This document shows positions 11,541 to 25,200 of a stretch of 64,000 bases of DNA, piece by piece. Under the pieces are notes generated by a model that saw nothing but the letters and a program-made list of their open reading frames with translations, did no database searches and was not told the origin of the DNA. The position numbers and the translations under genes were made by a program. Source of the stretch: Phoronis australis. Its lineage: Eukaryota > Animalia > Phoronida. Numbering within the stretch: the first letter of the stretch is position 1; each line of letters starts with the position of its first letter. The DNA lies in contig NMRA01000403.1 of the NCBI GenBank assembly GCA_002633005.1, forward strand, positions 189,930 to 253,929, read 5' to 3'.

Positions 11541-13566
11541 ATGTACAAGCTCGCGATAAATCAATCAATTGTTTGCTTTCACATGATGCATTATGCGTAG
11601 AACGTTATCATTTGTTACCGGGTCAAATGCATCAGGTTCATATTGTACGGTGTCTCAGTAGGCCTACATGTAGTACTTGCGTAAGCGACATGTCCGTGCT
11701 AGTGCTTTAGATCCTGGAAAGTGAGGAAGTTTTTTAATGTAATGTAACGTACCCCTTTCTTGCCAATAGGCTCTACATGTCCCTTTTTCACCTCGGTCGG
11801 AGTTCAACTTAGTTGTTTGTCAACTACCGTATACTTATTCGCATGTGCCCCTATATATTCAATGCATATCGATGTAAACCTCAGTCTTTGAAGTAGAGTG
11901 TACTATAAGTTTGCAGACACGTAACCGGTCTTTCACTTCATGATGCCTTACCCGCTAGTGACCTATGAATTCCCATATTCAAGAAGTCGGCATATCCTGC
12001 ACTAGTAGTCAACATTTTTAAACACACATAGAAGTCCGTCATGACGTTTTTAAACTCACATAAAATTCCGTTTTGGTGTTTTACTTATGGTTGTGATTGC
12101 ATTTCCGAGTCTCATCTTTGGTAAACAATGAAGTGGTTTTGTTCGTCAATATATGGCATACACGTAGTGAAAATGTAAGCTTCCGTATAGCGAACGAGAC
12201 GTTTTTTTAACAAAACCAGATTAGTACATAGGAACCATTCACTAATTGTCTTTACTTGTTATGCTAAGACGAATTATATCAGGCTGCTTCCTCGATGTCT
12301 TTCACCCGTTTGTTGATCAATCATAATTGAGAGAGGGGATGCTTGACAAATGGGATTGATTCAGGTGAACAAATTAGGATACTCATTCATTTTGATATAG
12401 GACTTGAAAAAGGGGCCGATTTACGAGGCAGAAGCTTCAATGAAAATGTTATCTTTCAGAACCTACTTTTTTCGTAAGAGTTTATGTACAGCTGCGTTTT
12501 TATTTATTGATCCTGATTGCAACCGAACAATGAGTGCAGCTGTTGCAACAAAAACTTGTCAATATAACATTGACGTTTGATATTGGATATTGGAGCCCAA
12601 TCTTTCCAGTTAAGTCTCGTACTTGAAAGTAAGTCGTTTTAAGGGTAATCAAGTCGGAAAAGGTTTTGTAGGAATTATAAGAAAAAAGTCTCATTTAAAA
12701 GAGATTTTGATGGAAATAAANNNNNNNNNNNNNNNNNNNNNNNNNNNNNNNNNNNNNNNNNNNNNNNNNNNNNNNNNNNNNNNNNNNNNNNNNNNNNNNN
12801 NNNNNNNNNNNNNNNNNNNNNNNNNNNNNNNNNNNNNNNNNNNNNNNNNNNNNNNNNNNNNNNNNNNNNNNNNNNNNNNNNNNNNNNNNNNNNNNNNNNN
12901 NNNNNNNNNNNNNNNNNNNNNNNNNNNNNNNNNNNNNNNNNNNNNNNNNNNNNNNNNNNNNNNNNNNNNNNNNNNGACTGTACTTTCCTTAAGCAAATAT
13001 ATATATTTTTTTCAGTGGCTTTTTCATAACAAATCCTGGAATGCCAATAACCCAAAAACTTGACTTTTGTTGAATCAGGCGACCTTGAGGTACCGGCTAA
13101 CACGCTCAGTTTGCCCTTTACTTAGTTATCAACAAAATAATTTGTATAACCACTATTAACTAGAACTCACTTATGCTCTGGATTTCAGCTTTTGATGTAA
13201 TCCAGTCAAATGATATACGGAGCGCCCTATTGAGGTAACTTTTCAGATACTGTCGAGATAAGCACTTAGGGCCTTTATATCTAAGATTGTCTCTCATGTT
13301 GCCATTGACACGAAACAAGGGGTAGAACCTGACGGTGTACCAACTGTATGTCTATTGATTATCTGAGTGGTGTACGTATGTTGAAAAACATTGTAAAATA
13401 TAATGTTATGGTCGACTTTCAAGATAAATTGAATGTAATTATTCATTATCACAATTAACATAAGTCACGAAACCACGAAGCATATTGTATGTGTACTGCA
13501 TGTAAGATACTCATTTTGATTATGAATTAGTCAGACAAGTCCGATCATTGGGAAAATATGCTGGGT

Positions 13567-13782
13567 AATGTAATCAATCTTTATGTGCCGAACAAAGACA
13601 ACTCGCATTTTTACATCGACATTGATAAACTTATTTTTGAATTCAGAAATAATACATGTAGATATTTACCGGGACTTGAATTTATTCCAAATCTATGTAT
13701 TAGGGTGCAGCAATCATACCAGAATAATGCGACTGCCAGAGATGAATTTCTAAACTTAGTGAATACTATACTACAGCAGTAG
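13567..13782 (+). mobile_element. L1/Tx1-like LINE APE endonuclease relic
   Basis: VINLYVPNKDNSHFY...YQNNATARDEFLNLV resembles the NxYAPN motif and the downstream NN..AR block. Confidence 0.55.
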
Positions 13783-15577
13783 GTACGAATAGCGTATTGT
13801 TTTAAATAGCTTATTTTTAAACTAAATAAACAAAAATAATTTTCGAACCTGAAAATTGGACAGCCTATATTAATAGAGGTTCCACCCAAGGTCACCAAGA
13901 GTAGAGGCTCCTGTACTAACATGGGGAGCCCCGTTCGAGGACCACCACCAGCAGGGGCTAACTGTATTATTATAGAAGACTCCATCTCTTCGTGTGCTGG
14001 TGCAGTGGTGTAGTGGGGGATAAATATACACAGACACAGAGCACCACCATTTTATGTTAGTCTACGCACTGTAAGTTACGGAATCGTGAGGCGTAGACGC
14101 ACGCAGACGCAAAACCCAACGTTATTTGCTTTGAACGTAGAGCTTATTTTCAGTGCTAGAACACTTCATTCTACAGCACGTCAACCCGGCAAAATTCAAG
14201 CTATACTGCTGCTGATGATTTCAAATGTTTCTTTGGGCTCGACGTTCGTTGGTTTAGCAAGTGAGTTCTGCGCGAAACCATGTCAGTATGGAGATCGCTG
14301 AAAGATGAAATCGTCATTGTCATATTGGCCAATCAAAAAGAAGCCACGATTCCACGGATAAAAACGTTTCCTCGACTCACGTTATACTTGGAAAGTTTTA
14401 TCATCTTTCAGGTTCTTGGCTTATGCTGACTGAATTGTCAAACCAGCTGTGTCTGGGTCTAAAACCCATGCCAATCACAATACTACTAAACTTTCACGTG
14501 ACTGACAGGCTTTTGCCACTGCACTATCGTGTGTCCATAAAATAGGATTGGGTTCCTTTAACTGAAGGGGAACATTAATAAATGGACTGGTGTGGCAGAA
14601 AACCCTCCAAATTGAAGATTATCTTAGGACGCTATCGACTTGTAGGTGAATTTAGTCAAATATCTACAAAATTGCATGTTTAACTTAGTAAACGTCCCTA
14701 TATGAAAGTAGAATTTGATTCTTGCTTTGATACCAATTTGAAATAATGGGTTCTTGTCGTTTTAGAAAACTTTCCCATGAAACCTACATTCATAGCAAAA
14801 CTACATGTACGGTATCAATAACATTACTGAATTCTGTTTGGTATCAATGTACACCATAAATTAAAGTCTCAAAAAATGTACTGCAGTTTAATTTGTAAAT
14901 TATAATTTCCTTTTAGTTTTATGCCCCTTTCGTTTTTTGCAAAACAATTAATCACAATTAGTAACAAGATTTTGGAGAACAGCGCATCAGTTAGTATGTC
15001 TGAGAGATTCATATGAATCCGATGACACATACCATATGTGAGATATGGTATTCCAACGTGAGCAAGATTTGGACCATATTTCGAGGGTCTCAAATAACCT
15101 TAAGCAAAGAACGGGCAAGAATCAAGAACAAACAGTAAAAAAGAAATACCGACGACAGGTAATTAGAAAAAATGGGAACTGGCATAACACGGAGAACTTA
15201 TTGTTACGAGCAAGGTGGCAAGGAGGAAGGGGGTGGGGGGGTGACAAAACAGGTAGAGTGAGGGCGGGGACATTGATTAAAGTCGAGTGATGGTGTTATG
15301 TCGCAGGGAGGATGTAAGTCAAAGGACACGTCAAGTTAAAATCCAATATTTGGTGAAATAAAGGATGTGAGTTCCACGTTGTCTGCGTTTCTTACAGTCC
15401 AAAATTCTAGGCTCACGTTGATTCACGGAGTTTCGCGGGTTTTCAGTCCCTCACTATTCATCGCTGCAGCACTGCTGATACAAGGTTATAATAAAGGTGG
15501 TGGTCCACGTTGACTCATTTGTTAAACCCACCCAGTCGCTTTAAATGCTGTCAGTATTTCTATGATTTGTTATGACG

Positions 15578-15599
15578 ACAACAACAACAACAACAACAA
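15578..15599 (+). repeat. (AAC)n microsatellite
   Basis: About 7 AAC units. Confidence 0.85.
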
Positions 15600-16114
15600 G
15601 ATGACGCCACAAAATCCTTAATAAATATATACCCGAGCCGATACCTCAACGACAAACACACTCCGAGAGGCTACATGTACGTGAATGAGCAAATAACAAC
15701 TCGAGACGATGCCCCCTAAATGGTACCGAAGGGCAAAATACCTACCCCAAGACAATGTTTGAGATGGCAGGATATCAACTGCAGTAGGCAGCACGCTGAA
15801 ATTGAACATAATAGGTGGAAATGAAAGTGGTGGTAAACTGGTTTCAGTAGGTGAAATGGACACGAAGGTCAACGTGGACACAATGAGTCAGAAGGAGACC
15901 GATACATGTGTTTCTCGTTTGAAAAGTGTTTCGTATCAAAAGTATCTATAAAATCTTTGTTCATATGGTCTTCAGCGTCAAGATCCATGAGCAACCCGAG
16001 CCCTCACGGACTGTTCATATCATCTACGAAAGCTCTCGGCTTGTAAGGATGATTCCATGCTGGTAGTGAATGTAGACTATGTGATTTCAAATCTGTTTTT
16101 GTTATTATTTTCAG

Positions 16115-16204
16115 GTTCGATCAGCTGCAGAAAATGGAAATTGTTCTGAACTTGTGAAATATATAAAACGTGGGTGGGATGTGGACCAAGAACTTAATCC
16201 GTAT
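16115..16204 (+). CDS. Ankyrin exon VRSAAENGNCSELVKYIKRGWDVDQELNPY
   Basis: tttcag acceptor, gtgagt donor, 90 bp, phase 0-0; joins as ...NPY|GTALH to 35487. Confidence 0.7.
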
Positions 16205-19200
16205 GTGAGTATTCACACATAAACGCTCGTATGATCATCATTGGCTTGAAGTGCACCTTTTTAAAGAAATGACCATTGTTACACGTTCATCAGAATGGCA
16301 TTGCTTTCCTGGTTTTATGTTGAATATTTCTATATCAACACTCTATACTGTTAACCAAAGCAACAGGTGAACATCGTAGTAACATTACAACAGTAATAAC
16401 AAAATATTCACATTTAGCTGCAAAAGTTGTAAATATGGCAGATGTTTTTCTTGATTTACGGTAGTACGTCGGTGAAAAAAAATTAATCAATTTATCGTAT
16501 AAAGACCGTTTAGTATGGAAATGCTGGCAACTTTACTAAGGAGCACTTTATAGACGCTATTGGGACAGTCATGAGAATCAGTGATCAAAAAATATTTTTA
16601 CCATGGAACGCTATTAATTTTTCCTGCAATATCGTCGACTGTCTCCAGGGTCCGCCTGAAGGATCCCGAAAACGATCGATGATAGTGCAAACAATTAGAA
16701 ACTGGCCGATTTGGGCAGACCACAGTCGCACCGGAGAGACAGTCTTTGAAAAGTGGGTCCGATTTTTTTAGAGTTTAACAATAATCTTGACCTGAATCTG
16801 TTGACAGATTTCGATATAGGACTACAGGAAGAAAGACGTTATTCATTAAGAAAAAGTATGGTATAAAATGAATTTAGTAATGCTATATAATTTCTAAATT
16901 CCGTGTGTAAATTGGGAGGGTGTGACATGTATCTATGCCTTGGTTATTGTGGATTTACGAGTGGCTCGACTGTAAGATGGCGGAACTAAGGAAGGCATGC
17001 CTGAAAGAGACCCCGGTAGAGATCGGTAGCCGTCTCGGGCTTCGAAAAACTGTCCAAATTCACGTGTTCTTTTTTAAAATACACGGCGTAATCTCGCGAA
17101 TGGCCTAGCGAGTTTCTAGCGTTATTGAACTCTACCCAGATCGAGTGGTATTCGAATTTTGTTTTGCTTATGTCATTTACTTTGTTGAGAACTTGAGGTG
17201 TTATTACCTAAATGCATTTTTCATTGCAATTGCATTTTGGACGACAAGGTTTTTGACTATATTCGACCCTTTCATGACACCAGTAATGATTATTGCAAGC
17301 TTGATAATATAGTCTGTCTAGCTCAAGCAAAAGTTCCCGCACAATTTACATGTACTTGGTGCATTATATCACCATAGTCAAAACGTTTAAATCGTATGTA
17401 CTTATCAGACGATTCAAAGCTTGCATTAAAGATGCGATACACTGTCAGTAAGTTGATTAGATTTTTTTCTTGCGCACGGACTCGTCAGTGGGGTTTAAAT
17501 GGCATTTCATCATCTTCTATTATGATTAGATTTCTTTACCAGTGCTTTTGGGTAATAATTTCACCATCCAGACTCAAATAAGAATAGGCCTGTGTACAAT
17601 TGGGGATTCTAGACTAACACATCATCTCAGCCTTGAAGTTTACATGTGTGTGCCTTTTACGAGTACTGAGCTTAACCAAGATTCAGTTGTAGTTGGTTCT
17701 TGGGATGGTTTCGAGATTTGGATAAAATTTGACTCTATCACTGACTATGTCATGGGTGCTTTTGGAAGTCTGTAATTGATGTAGAGAATAAAAGGGAGAC
17801 CAGTTTTCCGTACCCCTTCATAAACAAAACCTGGTTTAGAAAATACGTCATCTACAAGTGGTCGTGCTACCCGAATCGATAGATACATTTACATGTCATG
17901 TGGGAAGTGAAGAGTGTATGCATAGTATGCAATATTCGATAAAAGACAAATTTGTAACAGAAGAGATCTTTTGAAACCTTGTCAAATGGGGATTAATTAT
18001 CCAACATTAAACCCAATTTTTATATTGTTATCGTATCTCATGAACAACTATAAACAGGAGAGATGTAGTACTCTTTTCACTCATAAACCAAAGTGAAATA
18101 AAGTTATTGAAAATGAGGTTCTTGTACATTTCATTCACTTTTAAAGAAAGACTGCTGCAGTGATTCTGAATTCTTTTCTAATTGGGTACCATAATCCCAG
18201 TTTCAAATAGAAGGGTACTAGGCTCCTGTCGGTAGAATTTTGTTGAATAAATTAATGATCAGTAGAGGCATATCTTTATATTGGTGTAATTATTTATTTG
18301 TTATATAGTCGTAGCAATCACCTTTTTACATGAATGTTTAATCGATTGATGCATATTGGAACACACGACACGTTTTGTTATTGACAGTCTTTATTCCGCT
18401 TCGTTCATACATGTATGTTCAGAATAAAACTCTACACTCAACGGAACATAGATGAAGTGACTGACATACCGACACAATTGACTTATCCCCAGGATTTTGG
18501 GTGACGGCTTACTGACCAATCAGAATGCAGCATTCTTGAAACACCGTCGTTTCCAAGCTGCCATTTTACCCCATTAACAACACGTCGCCAGGTAAAATTT
18601 ATTGTTTGTTTGTCGACATTTCGCAAGGGGTGGAACTTGCGATAGGTCAATCAAAAGGTATACCTAACACGATATTTCGAAACAACCGGGGTACTTGTTT
18701 CATTCTCAAGTGTATATAATATGACGCAGCAATGCCACCACAGAGCATAAGCTGGATACTTACACAGTGGGACACGGCAGCTGTGAAACACTGCAAAGAA
18801 TGACAAATGAAGTGGGGTAAAGAGAAAGTCACGCAACCAACTGTAACGTGCGGCGCGACCCTGTTTGCTGCTCATTCAAAACAGGCGTGCGTTCAGTAAC
18901 GCTAGGACCTACGCTAGGACCTAGCTAAAATCTAGCCAAAGTCACGTGTTCTCATTTAAAATACACGGCCATATCTCACGTAATTTCACGAAGTCTTGCT
19001 TTTTAGGGAGGTCCTAGCGTTACTGAACGGGAGGCTGGCTTCTTAATTGCAATCAAGAGTGATTAGAATACTTTCGATTGCAGCACATCGTGCTCTACGT
19101 ACCGAATTGACGTGCTTTCCACAATTTCTTCACGGGTGATTTTACGTTCGTGACGTTGCAAAAATTGATCTAGGATGATTTTCTAGTAAAGTTGTGACAT

Positions 19201-22200
19201 TTGGTAGGGTCTCTTCGACTTGGAAATTTGGCAAATGATCTGGACTGTTTGCAAACAAATGGTATTTTAATACCCACATCTTAAAAGATGTTGCTTTGTT
19301 TGTGAAGTAATCCAAGCAAAGAGCACATAAACTACATGTACGATTGGTATCTCCCATCTGGTGATTTTATAATAAGACATAAGTTAATTTTGTTCGCCTT
19401 GCCAAATCAGTGAACCAAAAGTCGTCTCAAACCATTCTGTAAGCATGTTACACAACATGCACGGTGTCTGCACTTGAAAAGAAGCCAAAACGAGTACAAA
19501 AAATATTAGAATACAATTTAGTTTTGACGGAATTGGTAAACCCGCCTAAAATTTACCATTTCAACTCAATGGTAGGTTACACCTCTCGTTCTTTGTCACA
19601 TTATAGACTAATTGATATGGTGCATGCATGCAACCAGCTTAAAAATTGAGGGCTCCAATTTTGAGAATGGGTACCTTTTATTGAAAGAAACAGGGTACAT
19701 GTACGTTCACAGCTATGAATTGGGCATTCGCTGAATTTAGTTGGTTCCTGTCTTATCAGTGGCCTTTTGTCTCGTTTTTTCTGAGTTTTTGTTTCTCTGA
19801 GGCGGAATAAGGCTCAACATTTAAAAAGAATAGTATGAGATGTGACATTAATTCAGCCCACGAGTCTTGATCACTGTGGATTAAAGTGTTTCTTACGTTT
19901 TAAATTATTTTAAAAAATGCGATAATCGTCATCTTCAATCCATCATGTCATAGACAATCCTTTCTAAGCAAAATCAGGCGAAGAATGGATGCAGTGAAAA
20001 AAGCTTCAATCTATACACTATCGTGTACAACTGGCAGCATTTTAGACCAATATGAAAAGAAAGAAAATAATGCTTACTTCTAGCGTCAGGTTTACATTGG
20101 ACACAAAGTGTAAGAGGTCCGAATACAGCTTCACCAAACACAGACAGTTTTATCAAAATTGAGGTTCAAGTCTGAGAATTTGCAGACTGGTCGACTAGTG
20201 AGAGTGATGACTTGAGTGAACTTTCATAGCCTTCGAAAAGAGCAACATCATCAGTATATTGCAACAGTTTGCACTCCGTATTTTCAAATTCGTTTCCTTT
20301 GCATCATGATTTTTTCCTGAACAATATCTGGAGAAAGATGTCACAAGTGCAACAAATTGCACTAGTTTAAACAACGTCCAGACAGCACCCCAAATCTTGC
20401 AGCAACTCCATTCCAAGAATAACATATTCTACAACAGTGTTGTATGTGGATGGCTCTGATGCCTACTGCTCTCTGCATATAACCAAAATCAGGAGACAGA
20501 GTCTACAACCGCGGTTGGTTGAAAAGAGTTCAGAAAATATATAATATTGCATTATAACAAGATTTGAATTATGTAATAGTGCTTCAAACCAACTTCTAGT
20601 ATATTCGTGAACAAGAATTATTTGTCTCATAAAATTCAAGCGCGCACCCAGGGGGAGTGAGCCTCCCATTTGGCGAAGTGGACTAAAAGGTCCGCCTCAG
20701 AGAAACAAAAAGTCCGAGAAAATGAGACAAAAAGTCCACTAAGAAGGCACAAACGTACAATTCACATCTCTGGGCGTGGTACCCCGTTTTTTTAGTCTTT
20801 TGGCTTTTTTGTATGTAAAAGGTCCACATCCTCTGAAATTCGAGCCCCCCATATTAAAGGCTGGGTGCGCGCATGAAAATGATTGGAAGCAGTAGTGCAA
20901 GGAAGGCATGTATATTCTCCGATTTAACGTCCCGCCAAATAGACCTTTTGATCATCAGGGAGTAACTGCGTTTTAACTCGATCGGCAACAACACCTGAAA
21001 AACATGCACTAAGCAAAAAGAAGAGTTTCCAATTTCGTTAGCTTATAACGATTGTTTTTCTTCTCAGGAATGAGCGTGTTTATATCTTGACCCTGTAATT
21101 TAGTGGGTCGCCTGTTTCAACTACAGGTGTAGTTAGCAGTTCTCTGTAACATAGGTAGCAATGATTTTCAGAAAATAACATCCATTGGAAATCCATCTAA
21201 CCAGGGAGGTTTTTCGTATATTCACAGTTTTTAGGTCTTCCTTAGTAAATACAGACCCAACCTTTGCTAACTTTACGTAATTTTGGAACGACGGTTGCCG
21301 ATGTTGGTGCTTTCTCACCTGACACACGCCCTTGTCTACAGTCAGGTTTCTGGGTCGCGGTTATTAGTATCCTATCCCAGACCAGTACTTGTTCGACAGA
21401 CAACTATAAATTGATAAGAAAAATCACATAAATTGATGAAGCTATAGCAAATATTCCACTGAACACCATGTAATAACCTCTAACAAATTTGTGTAAGGAA
21501 CAAACGAAATAAAGAGGACAGAGGAGACATCAATACCAGGTGAACACGAAATACAGTTGGATTCTAATATCAAAATAGGTTAATGACTGGAGAAAAAAGT
21601 TCCTGAGGGTGAATATCGGTTGTAAAACCTTTTGCAAAGAGAGCATTGGGAAAAAAGGCACGGGGAACACCTTCAAATTAATATGTAAGCGGGTAACAAA
21701 TGCTCTAAAAACCCATATTTATATAAACCCGTTGAAACCATTTTTACCTAAATTAACCTTCTGTGCAAGACCTCTGTCTAGTCAAAGAATCCAAACCCTA
21801 ATTTTTAAGTTGTTCCGTGAGTTGAAATGACGACGCGTGCTCCGATTTAAAAAGCAGCGCTTTGCACGGCAGTTCTCACGTGCACACGTGTTAGCTACAG
21901 TGAAACACTTGTTTGAAGTATTTAAAGGGGCATTCATTAATCACGATGAAACGATCAGATTTCAGGTGTACAATTCCGATTTGACCTTGCGTATTTCGTC
22001 ATGATGATTCCGACTGAAGCTGCTGATAAATATTTATCTGACGTAGTATTAATACGTACAGGCTAGGTTTTTGACAGAAGATTTGTAGAAAATCCCAGCA
22101 GTTAAGGACAAACGACGTGATGGTTGTTCACAGATTCCGGATGAGCTGTTCTAAGTAACATCGATCACGTAAACGCAGTTGCCTGGAAGACTTTTACTAT

Positions 22201-25200
22201 CAAATTGTAGCAGGTTTTTCAGATTTGCTCACNGCAGGCTAGGTTTTTGACAGAAGATTTGTAGAAAATCCCAGCAGTTAAGGACAAACGACGTGATCGT
22301 TGTTCACAGGTTCCGGATGAGCTGTTCTAAATAACATCGATCACGTAAACGCAGTTGCCTGGAAGACTTTTACTATCAAATTGTAGCAGGTTTTTCAGAT
22401 TGGCTCACAATTCTGTCTTCACGCCAACTTATCAGATTTTGCGTTACAATAAAGGAACGCCGAAAATTTTCGTACCTTTCAGTCATTTGCCGTTAACATT
22501 CACAGGTGCCTATGGTTTTATACACTCTGTTCAACATTTCCCTAGATTTTGTTACAGGGTATTCATTTTTTCCAGGCGTAATATTTGCACAGTTGTCAAT
22601 CCAAGCGTGGTTGATGGTGAAACGTATATTTTCCGGGATATAATTTTCACAAACAATTCCCCAAGTGGCAAATGTTAAAAGTTACAGATTCAAAATATAA
22701 CGAAATATGTTAACCAAATATGTCACCAAATGCGCGCACCAGGGGAGGCTCGGGGGGCTCGAGNATCTGAATGGTTGACCCCCCACCTTGCCGCTTTTTG
22801 GCTGTACAGTGGTCGGTGGATCCGTGGACTGATACTTAATTACCATTTTCTGAAAACGGCATTGATGATTATTGCTTATTACAAAAAATATGTAAGTAAA
22901 TCAACTGGCATGCGTGCTTATAAATGATAGATGGCGCTGCTTTTGTTTACGTGGAGACTGAAGAGCATCTAGAATAAGAGCAGTAACACGAGGACCTTGC
23001 TATAATTCAAGACTTCGCGAGATATTGTCCTGCATTTTAAATGAGAACATATGGTTTTGGATAAATTTAAGAGAGGTTCTAGTGTTACTGAACTCACCCC
23101 TGCCTTGTTTTCTATCTGCCTTATTCGTTCCACAGGTAAAGGAAGGCACCCAAGGTGGATATGACCCGCTAGTGTTCAGTGCAAAAAATCCTTCAACTTG
23201 TCAATAGTCATTGTAACTTTGGGATCATATTGTAATGTCCCTGCTGGTTACTACAAATTTTAGTCGCCACCAGTCGCCAGAAATCTGGTGTTCCCCCCAC
23301 ACACCGGGCACCTTAAGATGACGCTGAATATTTCTGCCAATGTGATCATCAGTGGTATAAAAAGGTACACATTCACAGTCAATAGAAAATAATTCACGAG
23401 AGACAATTTTATTAATGACTCATTCATGACAGACATGAAGTAAATAGAAGTAACGGTCTCGACTTCTTATATCACACATCTTTCAGTGGTATGCTACAAC
23501 ACTAGGCTAAACGTTGAGCTCATTTACCACTTCATTCACTAAATCTGACGACATAACAGCATATTCAGCAGAAATAGCATTGTCATAAACATTGCTGCAG
23601 ACAACCTCGAAAAAAACCAACAATCTGCGATTCACTTAACATCACAGATAAACAATTTCACAGTGGGTTCTCGTAATGTTTTCTCCATTTTGGCACTTCA
23701 GAGGGTGAACGTTTTTACCTGACTTATCTCCTTCATCGAATATGTTCGTCAGAAATTTCTTAACCTTTGCTGAAAATCTTGTTGACCTTTTACCTTTTTT
23801 CAATGCCTAACCTATTGCTTCAGCATTCGTCACATCCAAACAGTACTCTGAGGCTGCCTCAAATGACGCTCCGGTTCTTGCATCTGAGAGCATTTCTGAC
23901 CACTTTCGTGCGATGTGGTCATACGTGGTTTCCCTTTGTAAATGTTCAGTGTGGTTACCCACATCCAAATGCTGACCTAGTTCTGCGTCTGTAGCAAAAA
24001 ATTTCGAGTAACCTTGCTGGGTACAAGGGAACTTTTGCTGAGGCTCTTCACTAGATACAATGCCAATCTTAACTCCTGGTGTTGAAAATCCGCCATGTCT
24101 AGAGATGTTACTGTATTTGAGAGAAACATGCTTCCCATTTTCTCAGTATTTGTAAGAACTTACCGTCACCTACATGGAATGATTTCCACGCGCGAATTCC
24201 TTGGGTGGAATAGTGGGAATTTGGGAATGTGCTTATACCAGGAACTGAGTATTTTGGAAAACACTTTGTTGCATTGACTGAGGATGCATACACATAACAT
24301 CCCCTTCACACGGCCACTGGAAAGTAATTCTTCTTTCAAATCCAGAAAGTTTATGATATTGTTACCTTCGGCTTGAGTGGAGCGATCTTGCGATCACAGA
24401 GATCCTTTCCATTCTGACTTTCACTATCGAAACAGAAATGCCGGTAGTTGATAAGGCTCCTACGTTCAGGAGGAGAGGATCAGAGTGGTAACATCCAGCA
24501 TTACCTGACTCTTCCATGACTGGTACTGTTCAATCAGAAATTCACCGACTCTGGGTAGTACGAGTCCGTACTCTGGCAGAGGCCTTGCTTTGTGAGTTAA
24601 ATGTACTTCCCTGTATCTCAAATGTTCAGTGGTGTCTTTGACATAACTCACTAAAGCACAAAGTTTTTGTGATCGGAATTTTTGCAGAATAAACTCTAAA
24701 GGAACATGGAGACCCATCGACATCGTCCGCCACTTTGTCTTCTCAAAATGCACTTGCTTCTCTCAAAACCAGTCATTACAAATATCAATTCTTACTCCAT
24801 TTAAAAGTCCTGTAGAGTGTTTAAATTAACCCGATAATGTAAAAGAAATGAAAAAATACAAGAGGGTTACACGTACATTTTTATATATCCTCAAGCTTAA
24901 ACTCAACTGACTCCCTCAGTGGGCAAAAGTCATTGGGTTCAGTTTTGATACTAGCCGCGTAATAAACCCGGAAAACATCTTGTTTTCATTTTAAAGAGTT
25001 TAAACTTGGTTTATAACTATTTAAAGCAGACTTCTTGTTTAAAAGAAAAAAAAGTTTATTCAAATGGTCTGTAAATTCTGCTCGTCATTTCCAAACTATG
25101 AAAATAGACAGTTTTGCAAGACAATTTTCACTAAAGTGCAAAGTTGAGGCAAGATTTTTTATTACTCAGACATCAAGACTAACTCTTTAGCTGTATGTTC

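Larger units (their letters stand above)
17387..22763. repeat. Segment duplicated at 25632-28640 (probable alternative haplotype)
   Basis: 17387-18311 matches 25632-26572 and 20775-22763 matches 26585-28640; n join at 22764. Confidence 0.9.

Noticed and set aside
12401-12473. Possible extra ankyrin-like exon (LEKGADL...)
   Set aside because: Phase 1-2 does not fit the phase-0 exon at 16115, and the rest is not ankyrin-like.
22059-22408. 175-bp tandem repeat
   Set aside because: Centred on a single n join; most likely an unmerged contig overlap.
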